Source of the DNA: Bacteroidaceae bacterium
GTDB lineage: Bacteria; Bacteroidota; Bacteroidia; Bacteroidales; Bacteroidaceae
DNA: 64,000 nt
Direction of reading: 5' to 3'
Assembly (NCBI GenBank): GCA_024398535.1
Contig: JAKSIY010000001.1
Span: 805 to 64,804 of the forward strand
Program-made: the position numbers and the translations under genes
Shown: positions 1 through 9,213 of the stretch, piece after piece
How positions within the stretch are numbered: position 1 is the first letter of the stretch
Layout: the number at the start of each line of letters is the position of its first letter
Notes under the pieces: generated by a model
Told to the model about the DNA's origin: nothing
The model's database searches: none
What the model saw: only the letters and a program-made list of their open reading frames with translations

Positions 1-352
1 CGTCGCTCAGCGCAATTGACATGTTGAACTTTGCTGAGAACGATGCATTGTGTGTACCAGCCTCTTTTGCAACGAACTTGAATTCCGGTGTTTTGTCAAA
101 CGGGTCCAGCACTGTCTGTGAGCCGTTCTCTACAGATTTTCCGTCAATCTTCCAGGTATATTTGCCCTGGTATGCGCCATTTCCGTTCTTCTGGACTTCA
201 ACCCGCAGGATGATGGTGTCGCCGACATAGGCTTCAGAGTTCACCATATAGACCTTTCCGTATGTTGGAGGGAATCCGTATTCGTCCTTCTGACAACTTG
301 CGAACATGGCTGCGAAGACTGTGGCAACCAGTATGTAGAGTAATTTCTTCAT
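1..352 (-). CDS. Hypothetical lipoprotein; the N-terminus is present and the 3' end runs off the window
   Basis: Reverse-strand ATG at 352-350. It translates to MKKLLYILVATVFAAMFASCQKDEYG..., a signal peptide with a lipobox Cys. The frame stays open to the window edge. It is absent from the ORF track because no stop lies in the window. Confidence 0.6.
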   Translation of the reverse strand, partial: MKKLLYILVATVFAAMFASCQKDEYGFPPTYGKVYMVNSEAYVGDTIILRVEVQKNGNGAYQGKYTWKIDGKSVENGSQTVLDPFDKTPEFKFVAKEAGTHNASFSAKFNMSIALSD

Positions 353-363
353 AGTTTCTTGAT

Positions 364-1077
364 TTAAAGTAATGAAAGGGCAACCTTCATCATGTCTGTG
401 AAATTCTTTTCACGTTCTTCTGCGGTTGTAGCCTCATGGGTGAAAATGTGGTCAGACACGGTGCAGATGGTCAGTGCCTTCTTTCCAAGTGCAGCCGCAT
501 TGATGTAGAGTGCGGCAGACTCCATCTCTACAGCAAGCACTCCAAACCGTGCCCAGCGCTTCTGGGCCTCAGACTCGTCATAGAAGACGTCCGATGCATA
601 GACGTTGCCCACCTTGTAGTTGACGCCCAGTTCGTCGGCTGCCTTGACTGCTGCCTGCAACATGCCAAAATCTGCTATCGGGGCAAACTTGGCAGGCATG
701 TCATACTGATGGCCGAACTCGGAATCAGTGCAGGCGCCCATGGCAAATACCAGGTCACCGATGTGCAGGTCTGCATCGAACGCACCGGCAGAACCTACGC
801 GGATGATGCGCTCCACGTCATAGAACTTGAAGAGCTCGTATGAGTATATGCCGATTGACGGGATGCCCATGCCGTGGCCCTGGACTGAAACGCGCTTGCC
901 GTTGTACGTTCCGGTGTAACCCAGCATGCCGCGTACGTTGTTGTAAAGTACCGGGTTCTCAAGGAAGGTCTCTGCCATGAACTTTGCACGCAGCGGATCT
1001 CCTGCCATGATTACGGTATCAGCTATCTCTCCGTATTTTGCTCCAATGTGTGGAGTAGGGGTCTGTTCCTTGCTCAT
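364..1077 (-). CDS. deoD: Purine nucleoside phosphorylase, DeoD type
   Basis: 237 aa. Full-length resemblance to the hexameric PNP family (GDPLRAKF..., [36 protein letters not shown]). Confidence 0.9.
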   Translation of the reverse strand: MSKEQTPTPHIGAKYGEIADTVIMAGDPLRAKFMAETFLENPVLYNNVRGMLGYTGTYNGKRVSVQGHGMGIPSIGIYSYELFKFYDVERIIRVGSAGAFDADLHIGDLVFAMGACTDSEFGHQYDMPAKFAPIADFGMLQAAVKAADELGVNYKVGNVYASDVFYDESEAQKRWARFGVLAVEMESAALYINAAALGKKALTICTVSDHIFTHEATTAEEREKNFTDMMKVALSLL

Positions 1078-1119
1078 AGTGACTTATGTTCTTCTGCAAA
1101 ACTACAAAAACTTTTATAC

Positions 1120-1183
1120 TCAGCGCAGGTCGGCCTGGTTGCTCTTCTCTTTCAGCGCAGGTCGGCCTGGTTGCTCTTCTCCA
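1120..1183. repeat. Tandem 32-bp duplication (30/32 identical) spanning the stop codon of the HAD hydrolase gene
   Basis: tcagcgcaggtcggcctggttgctcttctc occurs at 1120-1149 and again at 1152-1181. The second copy encodes the last ~10 codons plus the stop. Confidence 0.9.
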
Positions 1184-2003
1184 TTTTATAGAAATCTGAG
1201 TCCGTCTTGATCTTGGCCATGATTGAGCGGACAACCTTCCAGAGCTCACCCTTGTAGGTGTAGTCTCCTGGGCAGGCAAAGTTCACTCGGCCGCGCTTAA
1301 CCAGACTTGCGGCCTGGCTGCGGCTCTTCTCGTTGCCGCTCTTGTAGATGGCTATGGAGTGGCCACCCTCAGACTTGACAATTCGCATGCTTGGGATGTC
1401 AGTCTCTCCGTCACCCAGATAGATCATGTTGCGGAAAGGCACGTGACGCTCATCGTCAGGCATGGAGTCATTGATGCGCGCATTGTCCCAGATATCGTAT
1501 ATACCCTTGTTTATCATGAAGATGAACTGGGTTTTTGAGGTGAAGTCAACCGCAACGGCAGGCCATACGGCGGCATCGTTCTCATACATGAACGAGCATG
1601 CGTAGATTTTCTTGAAGTAACGCGCGATGCTTGTTCCCTCAATCAGCTCCTTGAGGCCGGATGAGATGATGTAGTGCTCAACGTTGACACCCAGGCGGTC
1701 GCCCTCTGCGTTGATAAGGTAGAACCATTCCTCAACGCCGGGAAAAAGCTTGATGCCCTTGCCGAATTCTACGAACTGCTCACGGCGGATGCTCACGCCG
1801 CTGGCCTTTGCCTTGTCAACCATCAGCTTCATGTAGCTCAGGATTGTGCTGGCATCGTGCCCCTCGGCAAGAGCGTGTGAGTCAACCCAGAAGGAATCCT
1901 TGTCCTGCAGTCCTATGGCATCCATGAAGTCATATTCCTGCATGTATGCCGGCGACAGGGTTCCGTCAAAGTCATACATCAGTGCAATTGTCGGTCTGTC
2001 CAT
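1152..2003 (-). CDS. HAD-superfamily hydrolase (HAD-IB-like)
   Basis: 283 aa. N-terminal DxDGT motif (MYDFDGTLSP) and C-terminal GDGETD motif typical of haloacid dehalogenase-like phosphatases. Confidence 0.8.
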   Translation of the reverse strand: MDRPTIALMYDFDGTLSPAYMQEYDFMDAIGLQDKDSFWVDSHALAEGHDASTILSYMKLMVDKAKASGVSIRREQFVEFGKGIKLFPGVEEWFYLINAEGDRLGVNVEHYIISSGLKELIEGTSIARYFKKIYACSFMYENDAAVWPAVAVDFTSKTQFIFMINKGIYDIWDNARINDSMPDDERHVPFRNMIYLGDGETDIPSMRIVKSEGGHSIAIYKSGNEKSRSQAASLVKRGRVNFACPGDYTYKGELWKVVRSIMAKIKTDSDFYKMEKSNQADLR

Positions 2004-2005
2004 TT

Positions 2006-2276
2006 TCTGTTTCCTGTTTCTGATTTTTGGTCTTGTTCCCAGTTACTGTCTCTGGTTTCTTGTTTCTGGCCTTGTTCCCAGTTCCTGTTTCCGGTTTACT
2101 GTTTCAGGTCTTGTCCCCAGTTTCTGTTTCCGGTTTCTGTTTCTGGTTTCCTGTTTCAGGTCTTGTTCCCAGTTCCTGTTTCTGGTTTACTGTTTCAGGT
2201 CTTGTTCCCAGTTCCTGTTTCCGGTTTCCTGTTTCTGGCCTTGTTCCCAGTTCCTGTCTCTGGTTTCAGATTTCTG
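2006..2276. repeat. Degenerate tandem array of 39-52 bp units built from a 7-bp GAAACNG periodicity (as read on the minus strand)
   Basis: ggtcttgttcccagttcctgtttccggtttactgtttca-type units recur at about 2029, 2062, 2101, 2153, 2202 and 2231. The array fills the whole ridA-HAD spacer. Confidence 0.85.
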
Positions 2277-2637
2277 CAATGAGTTCAATTTCAACCAATG
2301 CTCCTTTTGGCAGGGCAGATACCTCAACGCAGCTGCGGGCAGGCTTCTCTGTAAAGTACTGTGCATAAACGGCGTTGAATGCGGCAAAGTCACTCATGTT
2401 CTTGAGGAAACAAGTGGTCTTGATGACCTTTGTGAGGTCTGAACCAGCGGCCTCAAGTACGGCAGAAAGGTTCTTGATGCACTGTGTGGCCTGTGCCTCA
2501 ACCCCGCCCTCAACGAATTCGCCTGTTGCCGGGTCAATTGGAATCTGGCCCGATGTGAATACAAGATTGCCTACTGTCTTTGCCTGTGTATATGGTCCGA
2601 TTGCTGCCGGAGCCTTCTCTGTGTTGATTGTCTTCAT
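2266..2637 (-). CDS. ridA: RidA/YjgF family reactive-intermediate (enamine/imine) deaminase
   Basis: 123 aa. APAAIGPYTQA..., FTSGQIP..., VEIE C-terminal signature of the YjgF/RidA family. Confidence 0.9.
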   Translation of the reverse strand: MKTINTEKAPAAIGPYTQAKTVGNLVFTSGQIPIDPATGEFVEGGVEAQATQCIKNLSAVLEAAGSDLTKVIKTTCFLKNMSDFAAFNAVYAQYFTEKPARSCVEVSALPKGALVEIELIAEI

Positions 2638-2708
2638 GTCCTCTGTGTCTATTATCTCCGCAAATATAGCAAAAATACCATTCGCCCCTGCGTAATTCTC
2701 CGTTGCTC

Positions 2709-2946
2709 CTCAAATCTGCCCCTCTGTGAGGACGTTTTCTCTCCCAACCACCAATACGCGCTCAAAGACCGCCCCCTGTGAGGACAACTTCTCCGCGTAC
2801 GTCGGTATTCTCCTCAAATACCCGCCTATCTAAGGACAACTCCGCTTCTAAATGCCAATACGCGCTCAAAGACCGCCCCCGTGTGAGGACGACTCCGCCT
2901 CCAGGCCCTTTCCCGCGCGCAAAGTCTACCCTGTTTGAGGATGAGT
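2709..2946. repeat. Degenerate tandem repeat of ~52-bp half-units (~105-bp super-period)
   Basis: ctcaaaNNccgcccNNtgtgaggac-like cores at about 2709, 2762, 2813, 2866 and 2919. ccaatacgcgctcaaagaccgcccc recurs ~105 bp apart. Confidence 0.6.
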
Positions 2947-3683
2947 ACTACTCGCACCTGCGTAAGGTTACTGTGTGACATGTACATACTACTAAACTAC
3001 CGGTTCTGACTAGAGAACTGATTCTTGTGTTTATAACACAGTTTATCATTGTGTTTACAACTGAGTTGTAGATAGAGCACTCCATTCGCGGCTAGCACTT
3101 GCTCACTTCGTAACGCAAAGACGCCGCTAGTTGGAGTACTCTATCCTCCCATTTGCAATAATATTTTGGCTATAAACCCATTACCGCATGCAATCTGCAT
3201 TCAACCTACGCAAGTGCTAAGGTGTTTTTATTATGCAGGTGCTAAGGCATCCATTTTCACGCAGGTGCTGAGGATTAATATACCATTAGACCCGCTAAAA
3301 AATGTATTGCCGAAAAGTATATTGCAGGAAAATAATATGGTAATAGTCTAAGGTACAAACGGAATTGTACATAAGTAGCAAATGTTTTCATACCTACATA
3401 GGCAACTGTTTTCAGAGATTATTCATGTGCATGGGTATTCTTTACATTACCAGAGAGGAATATGATCATACCAGATGGTATGGAAGCAGCATGGAGCGGG
3501 CATCAGCAAAGAGCGGGAATTCCGGAGGCAGCGTAAAAGGAGCATCAAGGCGGCAGGACGTCCAGTAGTGCTATACGCATGTGCTTGATTTCTGCCGCCG
3601 CGACGTTACGCTGGTGACGGCCGCTCTGAGCGTAGAGAGCGACTGCTGCTTCTAACCAGCGAACATGGTAATAGTCTTAGCTC

Positions 3684-4135
3684 GCGGAAATGGTCACGCA
3701 GGTGCAAAGAGATACCATTCGCACCCGGGAAAGGAGAAATCCAAAGCACCAGGGGCAGGACAAGGCCATACGCACCGGGAAAGCAGCGGAAAGGGCATCG
3801 CAGGTGCAAATAGATACCATTCGCACCCGGGAAAGGAGAAATCCCAAGCACCAGGGGCAGGACAAGATCAATCGCCCCGGAAAGGCCGCGGAAAGGGCAT
3901 CGCAGGTGCAAATAGATACCATTCGCACCCGGGAAAGAAGAAATCCAACGCACCAGGGGCAGGACAAGGCCATACGCACCGGGAAAGCAGCGGAAAGGGC
4001 ATCGCAGGTGCAAAGAGATACTATCAGCACCCGGGAAAGGGAAAATCCAAAGAACCAGGGGCAAAACCTAGCCTAACACACCGGACAGCATCGCCAAAAC
4101 GGAACCTGTCCCTCGCCAGGCGATGACCTGTCCCC
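3684..4135 (+). repeat. Mosaic repeat element. Head gcggaaatggtcacgcaggtgc, then about four copies of a 102-bp tandem repeat, then a tail with two GGGACAGGT direct repeats around the palindrome tcgcc-t-ggcga
   Basis: cgcaggtgcaaa recurs at 3697, 3799, 3901 and 4003, an exact 102-bp period. All six frames are open across it. The tail ends at 4135, directly abutting the MATE stop codon. Confidence 0.9.
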
Positions 4136-5463
4136 TAACCGTTCAGTTCGCGGATGATGCGGATGGCGAAGGGGAGGGCCAGGAGGAAGGTGCAGAGGTC
4201 GGCGATGGCAAGGGTGGCCTGCAGACCGGAGAGGCCCCAGATGCGGGGGGCGATGAGAATGGCGGGGTAGAAGAACAGGCCCTGACGGCCCATGGCCAGG
4301 ATGGTGGCCATGCCGGTGCGGCGGATGTTCTGCAGCAGCATGTTGGTAGGGGTGGTAAGGCCCACGAGTGGAAATGCTATGCACTGCCAGCGTAGGACAG
4401 TGGTGCCGATGCGGATCAGCTCTGGGTCTTCACTGCGGAAGAATGAGATGATTTCCGGGGCAAAGATCAGGCCAAAGATAGACATGATGACGATGCCGGT
4501 GGTACAGGTCCTGACGGTGAACAGAAAGGAATCCTTGACACGCATGTAGAGCTGTGCGCCCCAGTTGAAGCCGCAGACGGGCTGAAATCCCTGACCGAAT
4601 CCAAGGATGGTTGACATGGCGCACTGCATGACTCTTGACACGACGGCAAAGGCTGCCACGGTCGATGCCTCAAGTCCGGGAACGGCATAATGGACGGCTG
4701 CGCGGTTAAGGCACACGGCCGAGATTGCTCCAAGCACCTGCCTTGACAGGGACGGCAGTCCGCCCTTGACAATTTCCGTGTAGTTCTGCAGGGTGGGGCG
4801 GAACTTGCGCAGTCTGATGTGGACGCTTCCGTCAACGCTTGTGAACCACAGCAGGGTGCACCATGAGCAGAACTGGCTGATGAAGGTAGCAAGCGATGCT
4901 CCGCTGACTCCAAGCCCCAGCCTGTACATGAAGAGCGGGTCAAGAAGGACGTTCAGGACTGCTCCGACAATGAGGCCCACCATTCCGTACGTGGCATTGC
5001 CCTGCAGGCGCAGCTGGTTGTTCAGTACCATCTGCGATATCATGAACGGAGTGGCTATGAGTATGAACCTCAGGTAGCTGCAGGCGTGTGGAAGAATCTC
5101 CTGGGTGGAGCCGAGCATCAGCGACAGAGGGGTGAGGAAGATGAGCCCAAGAGTTCCCACAATGGCTCCAATCAAGAATGCGCTGAGGAAGCCTGTGGCG
5201 GCCATCTCTTCAGCCTTGTCATCCTGACGGGCACCAAGAGCGCGTGAGATGAAGTTTCCGGACCCGGAACCAAAGAAGAACCCTATGGCCTGGATGAAGC
5301 ATTGGTACGCAAAAGCAACGCCGACACCAGCGGTGGCGGCGGTACTTAAGTGACCAACGTAGTATGCGTCAACAATGTTGTAGATGGCCGTGACCAGCAT
5401 GCTGGTGATGGTGGGCACGGACATCCTGAGTATAAGACGATTGACCGGTGTGGTGGTCATCAT
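4135..5463 (-). CDS. MATE family efflux transporter
   Basis: The ORF track gives 4135..5535. I prefer the internal start MMTTTPVNRLILRMSVPTITSML... at 5463, which removes the overlap with the upstream gene. 12-TM MATE-like sequence. Confidence 0.85.
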   Translation of the reverse strand: MMTTTPVNRLILRMSVPTITSMLVTAIYNIVDAYYVGHLSTAATAGVGVAFAYQCFIQAIGFFFGSGSGNFISRALGARQDDKAEEMAATGFLSAFLIGAIVGTLGLIFLTPLSLMLGSTQEILPHACSYLRFILIATPFMISQMVLNNQLRLQGNATYGMVGLIVGAVLNVLLDPLFMYRLGLGVSGASLATFISQFCSWCTLLWFTSVDGSVHIRLRKFRPTLQNYTEIVKGGLPSLSRQVLGAISAVCLNRAAVHYAVPGLEASTVAAFAVVSRVMQCAMSTILGFGQGFQPVCGFNWGAQLYMRVKDSFLFTVRTCTTGIVIMSIFGLIFAPEIISFFRSEDPELIRIGTTVLRWQCIAFPLVGLTTPTNMLLQNIRRTGMATILAMGRQGLFFYPAILIAPRIWGLSGLQATLAIADLCTFLLALPFAIRIIRELNG

Positions 5464-5503
5464 CTCATACCGTTGCTGACGTTTCTGGGTGTCAGAAGCT
5501 CTG

Positions 5504-7207
5504 TCAGCAGCTGTATGCCTTTGCAGCTTCAACACTTGACTTCTCTATGAATGCGCTGTTTCTAATGGTTTCTGCCTCGGCATAGTCAACATAGATGCTC
5601 AGGCTGTTGCGCAGCAGCTCAGGATTTCTTGAAGCGTCACGCAGCAGCAGGGCACTCATTACTGAATTTGCTGCCATCTCAACCAGACGGCGGGCATGGA
5701 AATCAAGGTACTCCTGATCCTTAGCCTCAGAGACAAGCTCTATTGACTTCTCAAGAAGCTCTGTCATGGCGTTGATACGTGGCACGAATGCGCTGAGCTC
5801 ATCTGCAACAGGCTGCTGCAGGATATCCTGAACCAACTGGGTATAGACGTGGGTTGTCACGTAGCGGATTGCAGCTACAACCTGCAGCTGGGTGGTTCCT
5901 TCATAGATTGAGGTGATGCGGGCATCGCGGTACAGACGCTCGCAGAGGTAGTCACGCATGAAGCCTGAACCTCCGTGAACCTGGATGCAGTCGTATGCGT
6001 TCTGGTTTGCGTACTCTGAACTCATGCCCTTTGACAGTGGAGTCAGGGCATCGGCGATGCGGCTGTAGCGCTTGCACTCCTGACGCTCTTCTGGAGTCAG
6101 GGTACGCTCGCGTGCAATGTCCTCAAGTGCTTTGTAGATATCAACGGAAACTGCTGTTTCATAAAGCAGTGAACGGTTTGCCTCAAGCTTTGCCTTGATG
6201 CGGCTGATCATCTCTGAAACGGCCGGCATCTGTATGATAGGCTTGCCAAACTGCTGGCGCTCCTGTGCGTATGACAGGGCCTCATGCCATGCGGCATCGG
6301 ATATTCCGACACTCTGTGTGGCGATGCCAAGACGGGCGGAGTTCATGAGTGACATGACGTACTTGATAAGTCCCAGCTTGCGGCTGCCGCACAGCTCTGC
6401 CTTGGCGTTGCTGAAGACAAGCTCGCAGGTAGGTGAGCCGTGGATACCCATCTTGTCCTCAATGCGGCGGACGTTCACGCCACCGTCACGCTTGTCATAG
6501 ATGAACATTGACAGACCACGGCCGTCATGTGTTCCCTCTTCTGAGCGGGCCAGTACCAGATGGATGTCTGAGTCTCCGTTGGTGATGAAGCGCTTTACGC
6601 CGTTCAGGCGCCAGCAGTTCTCCTGCTCGTCAAAAGTGGCCTTGAGCATTACGTTCTGAAGGTCTGATCCTGCATCCGGCTCGGTAAGGTCCATTGACAT
6701 GGTCTGGCCAGCGCAGATACGTGGGATGAACTTCTGGCGCTGCTCCTCTGTGCCGAACTCGTAGATCGTGCCTGCGCAGGACTGAAGACCCCATACGTTC
6801 TGGAAGCCTGCATCGGCGCGTGATACCATCTCTGAGATTGCGCAGAAGACTGTTACTGGCAGGTTCAAACCGCCCAGGCGGCGTGGCATCTCAACTGCAG
6901 ACAGACCGGCCTGGTTGCAGATCTGCAGGTTCTGGGCTGTGCCCGGAGCGTATGTAACGCGGCCGTCCTGACACTTTGGGCCGGTCTTGTCAACGCCCTC
7001 TGAATTAGGGGCAATTGTATTCTCGCAGATGTCGCCTACAATCTCAAGAACCTTGTCATAGTTGTCCATGGCATCGGCAAAATCGGTTGGAGCGTAGTCA
7101 AACTTGTCTGCATCGGCATAGTTGCGCTCCTTCAGTTCTGCAACGCGCTGCATGAGCGGATGCTGGAGACGCAGTTTTATTTCAGGTGATTCGTTATACC
7201 AGTTCAT
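5504..7207 (-). CDS. Acyl-CoA dehydrogenase family protein (long form)
   Basis: 567 aa. ACAD middle and C-terminal domain motifs (TEPDAGSD, FITNG, YEGT). 4-bp overlap with etfA upstream. Confidence 0.9.
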   Translation of the reverse strand: MNWYNESPEIKLRLQHPLMQRVAELKERNYADADKFDYAPTDFADAMDNYDKVLEIVGDICENTIAPNSEGVDKTGPKCQDGRVTYAPGTAQNLQICNQAGLSAVEMPRRLGGLNLPVTVFCAISEMVSRADAGFQNVWGLQSCAGTIYEFGTEEQRQKFIPRICAGQTMSMDLTEPDAGSDLQNVMLKATFDEQENCWRLNGVKRFITNGDSDIHLVLARSEEGTHDGRGLSMFIYDKRDGGVNVRRIEDKMGIHGSPTCELVFSNAKAELCGSRKLGLIKYVMSLMNSARLGIATQSVGISDAAWHEALSYAQERQQFGKPIIQMPAVSEMISRIKAKLEANRSLLYETAVSVDIYKALEDIARERTLTPEERQECKRYSRIADALTPLSKGMSSEYANQNAYDCIQVHGGSGFMRDYLCERLYRDARITSIYEGTTQLQVVAAIRYVTTHVYTQLVQDILQQPVADELSAFVPRINAMTELLEKSIELVSEAKDQEYLDFHARRLVEMAANSVMSALLLRDASRNPELLRNSLSIYVDYAEAETIRNSAFIEKSSVEAAKAYSC

Positions 7208-8226
7208 TTTGTCAGGTTCTTATAGTGTGAGATGAGTTTTGGGAGGACATCCTCAACGCGACCGTTGATTACATAGTCAGCGATGCTGTTGATAGGAGCG
7301 TCCGGGTCACTGTTGATGGACATGATCATGCTGCTCTCCTTCATTCCGGCAATGTGCTGGATCTGGCCTGAGATACCGCATGCAATGTAGAGCTTTGGCC
7401 TTACGGTCAGACCAGTCTGGCCAATCTGACGGTCGTGGTCAGCAAAGCCGGCGTCAATGGCAGCACGGCTTGCGCCTACCTCTGCATGAATCAGGTCTGC
7501 CAGTGTGAATAGCTGGTCAAATGCCTGACGGCTTCCCATTCCGTAACCACCTGCAATGACGATGCTTGCCGAGTCCAGATGATGGGCTGGCTTTTCAACA
7601 TGACGCTCAAGAACCTTGATTGCCATGTCTGCAGCGCTTACGTAGTCAGCAACGTTGTGGTTGATGACCTGACCCTTGTAGGCAGCATCGCGTATCTCAC
7701 GCTTCATTACGCCTTCACGTACGGTTGCCATCTGTGGACGATGGTCTGGATTCACGATGGTGGCAATGATGTTGCCGCCGAATGCCGGACGGATCTGGTA
7801 GAGCAGGTTCTCATAGATCTTGCCGCTCTTCTTGTCCTCATACTCACCAATCTCAAGCTGGGTGCAGTCTGCGGTAAGACCGCTGCCCATGGCCGATGAA
7901 ACGCGTGGGCCAAGGTCACGACCTATTACCGTAGCACCCATCAGGGCAATCTGCGGCTGCTCCTCTGCAAAGAGCTTGCACAGGATTGCAGAGTGTGGTG
8001 CGGTTGTGTATGGGAAGAGTCCCGGAGCATCAAAGATGTGTACCCTGTCAACTCCGTATGGGAAAATATCACTCTCGATGCCTGCCAGGCCGGTACCGAT
8101 TACCAGTGCCTCAAGCTGGCAACCCAGCTGGTCAGCCAGTGTGCGGCCCTTTGTCAGCAGGTCAAGGCTTACGCCTGCAATCTGGCGGCCCTCAACGATT
8201 TCGCAATATACAAATAGACTGTTCAT
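7204..8226 (-). CDS. etfA: Electron transfer flavoprotein subunit alpha
   Basis: 340 aa. C-terminal FAD-binding ETF-alpha signature (PKLYIACGISGQIQHIAGM). Confidence 0.9.
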   Translation of the reverse strand: MNSLFVYCEIVEGRQIAGVSLDLLTKGRTLADQLGCQLEALVIGTGLAGIESDIFPYGVDRVHIFDAPGLFPYTTAPHSAILCKLFAEEQPQIALMGATVIGRDLGPRVSSAMGSGLTADCTQLEIGEYEDKKSGKIYENLLYQIRPAFGGNIIATIVNPDHRPQMATVREGVMKREIRDAAYKGQVINHNVADYVSAADMAIKVLERHVEKPAHHLDSASIVIAGGYGMGSRQAFDQLFTLADLIHAEVGASRAAIDAGFADHDRQIGQTGLTVRPKLYIACGISGQIQHIAGMKESSMIMSINSDPDAPINSIADYVINGRVEDVLPKLISHYKNLTK

Positions 8227-8229
8227 GGC

Positions 8230-9036
8230 TTATCCTATTGTGTGGTTATTGATGAGCTCTGTCATGAGTGCCTGGATGTCCTGGTCACTGGCAGAGAATA
8301 CTTTGCTCTCTTTTGCCTGGAAGCTGATGTTCTCAATCTTCTTTACCTTGGTAGGAGAACCTGCCAGACCGCACTTTGATGGGTCTGCATTGACGTCAGC
8401 CACGCTCCATGCGGTAACGTCGGCATTCTTCTTTCCCATTACAAGCTTGGCATTCCTTGGACGGCAAGGTGCTGCTGAGCCGTTTACGGTCAGTACTACA
8501 GGAAGTGGTGCCTGCACAGTCTCGATGCCTCCGGTGATGGCGCGCTTGACTGTGATTGTGTCGTTGTCAAGTGAGAGAATCTCCTCAACGTATGTCACCT
8601 GTGGCAGTCCCAGCTTTTCTGCAACCTGAGGACCGACCTGGGCGGTGTCACCGTCAATTGCCTGACGTCCACCTATGATGATGTCGTATTCACCGATCTT
8701 ACGGATTGCGGTTGAAATAGCGTATGATGTAGCCAGTGTGTCTGCACCGGCAAACAGACGGTCTGTAAGAAGGTAACCTCCGTCTGCACCTCGGAACATT
8801 CCTTCACGTACTATCTCCTTTGCACGCTCCGGTCCCATGGTGAGCATGGTGATTGTACTTCCTGGACACATATCCTTTAGACGCAGTGCCTGCTCAAGGG
8901 CATTCAGGTCTTCTGGATTGAAGATTGCAGGCAATGCTGCTCTGTTGATTGTGCCGTCAGCGTTCATTGCATCCTTGCCCACGTGACGTGTGTCAGGAAC
9001 CTGCTTTGCCAGCACAACTATGTTAAGTTTCTTCAT
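8230..9036 (-). CDS. etfB: Electron transfer flavoprotein subunit beta
   Basis: 268 aa. MKKLNIVVLAKQVPD... ETF-beta N-terminus. Adjacent to etfA and the ACAD gene. Confidence 0.9.
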   Translation of the reverse strand: MKKLNIVVLAKQVPDTRHVGKDAMNADGTINRAALPAIFNPEDLNALEQALRLKDMCPGSTITMLTMGPERAKEIVREGMFRGADGGYLLTDRLFAGADTLATSYAISTAIRKIGEYDIIIGGRQAIDGDTAQVGPQVAEKLGLPQVTYVEEILSLDNDTITVKRAITGGIETVQAPLPVVLTVNGSAAPCRPRNAKLVMGKKNADVTAWSVADVNADPSKCGLAGSPTKVKKIENISFQAKESKVFSASDQDIQALMTELINNHTIG

Positions 9037-9191
9037 TATGTTGTTTTGTTTTCTGAATATGGAGCAAAGTTAGGGTTAAATAGTAAGAAAAGGTATGACA
9101 CTTCTGGGGCAAGACTCCGTTTGTTGCTCACATTTTGAATTTTTGTGCATCAATTTATTCTGCAAAGCTATCTTCAAAATAGGTTTTTTGT

Positions 9192-9199
9192 TACATTTG
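9192..9199 (+). promoter_or_regulatory. Candidate Bacteroidetes -7 promoter box (TAnnTTTG) for the ATPase/DUF4435 pair
   Basis: tacatttg lies 15 nt upstream of the ATG at 9214. No convincing -33 TTTG was found. Confidence 0.35.
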
Positions 9200-9213
9200 C
9201 AGAAGTCAGTCAG

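Noticed and set aside
1846-2442. ORFs of 198 aa and 113 aa on the plus strand through the heptad array (Phe/Leu/Ser/Cys-rich).
   Set aside because: They are artefacts of the 7-bp periodic repeat. They overlap ridA and the HAD gene in antisense, and the composition is not protein-like.
3040-3170. Possible tRNA or small structured RNA gene (inverted repeat gatagagcactcca / tggagtactctatc).
   Set aside because: There is no cloverleaf, no T-loop GTTCRANNC motif, and no match to RNase P, tmRNA, SRP or 6S hallmarks that I can recognise by eye. It is left as part of the unexplained noncoding region.
3697-4102. Possible CRISPR array, because of the regular repeats.
   Set aside because: The 102-bp units are contiguous tandem copies with no unique spacers, and there are no cas genes nearby.
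3606-4126. Four long ORFs (117-153 aa) on both strands across the 102-bp repeats. This includes a frame starting MVTQVQRDTIRTRERRNPKHQGQ that also begins with ATG at the second locus. I also considered 34-aa (102-bp) TALE-like repeat proteins.
   Set aside because: All six frames are open simply because the repeat lacks stop triplets. The peptide is low-complexity and bears no resemblance to TALE repeats. At the second locus the same frame only terminates deep inside antisense ung. The element sits in a 3'-UTR position. It is treated as noncoding, but ribosome profiling could overturn this.
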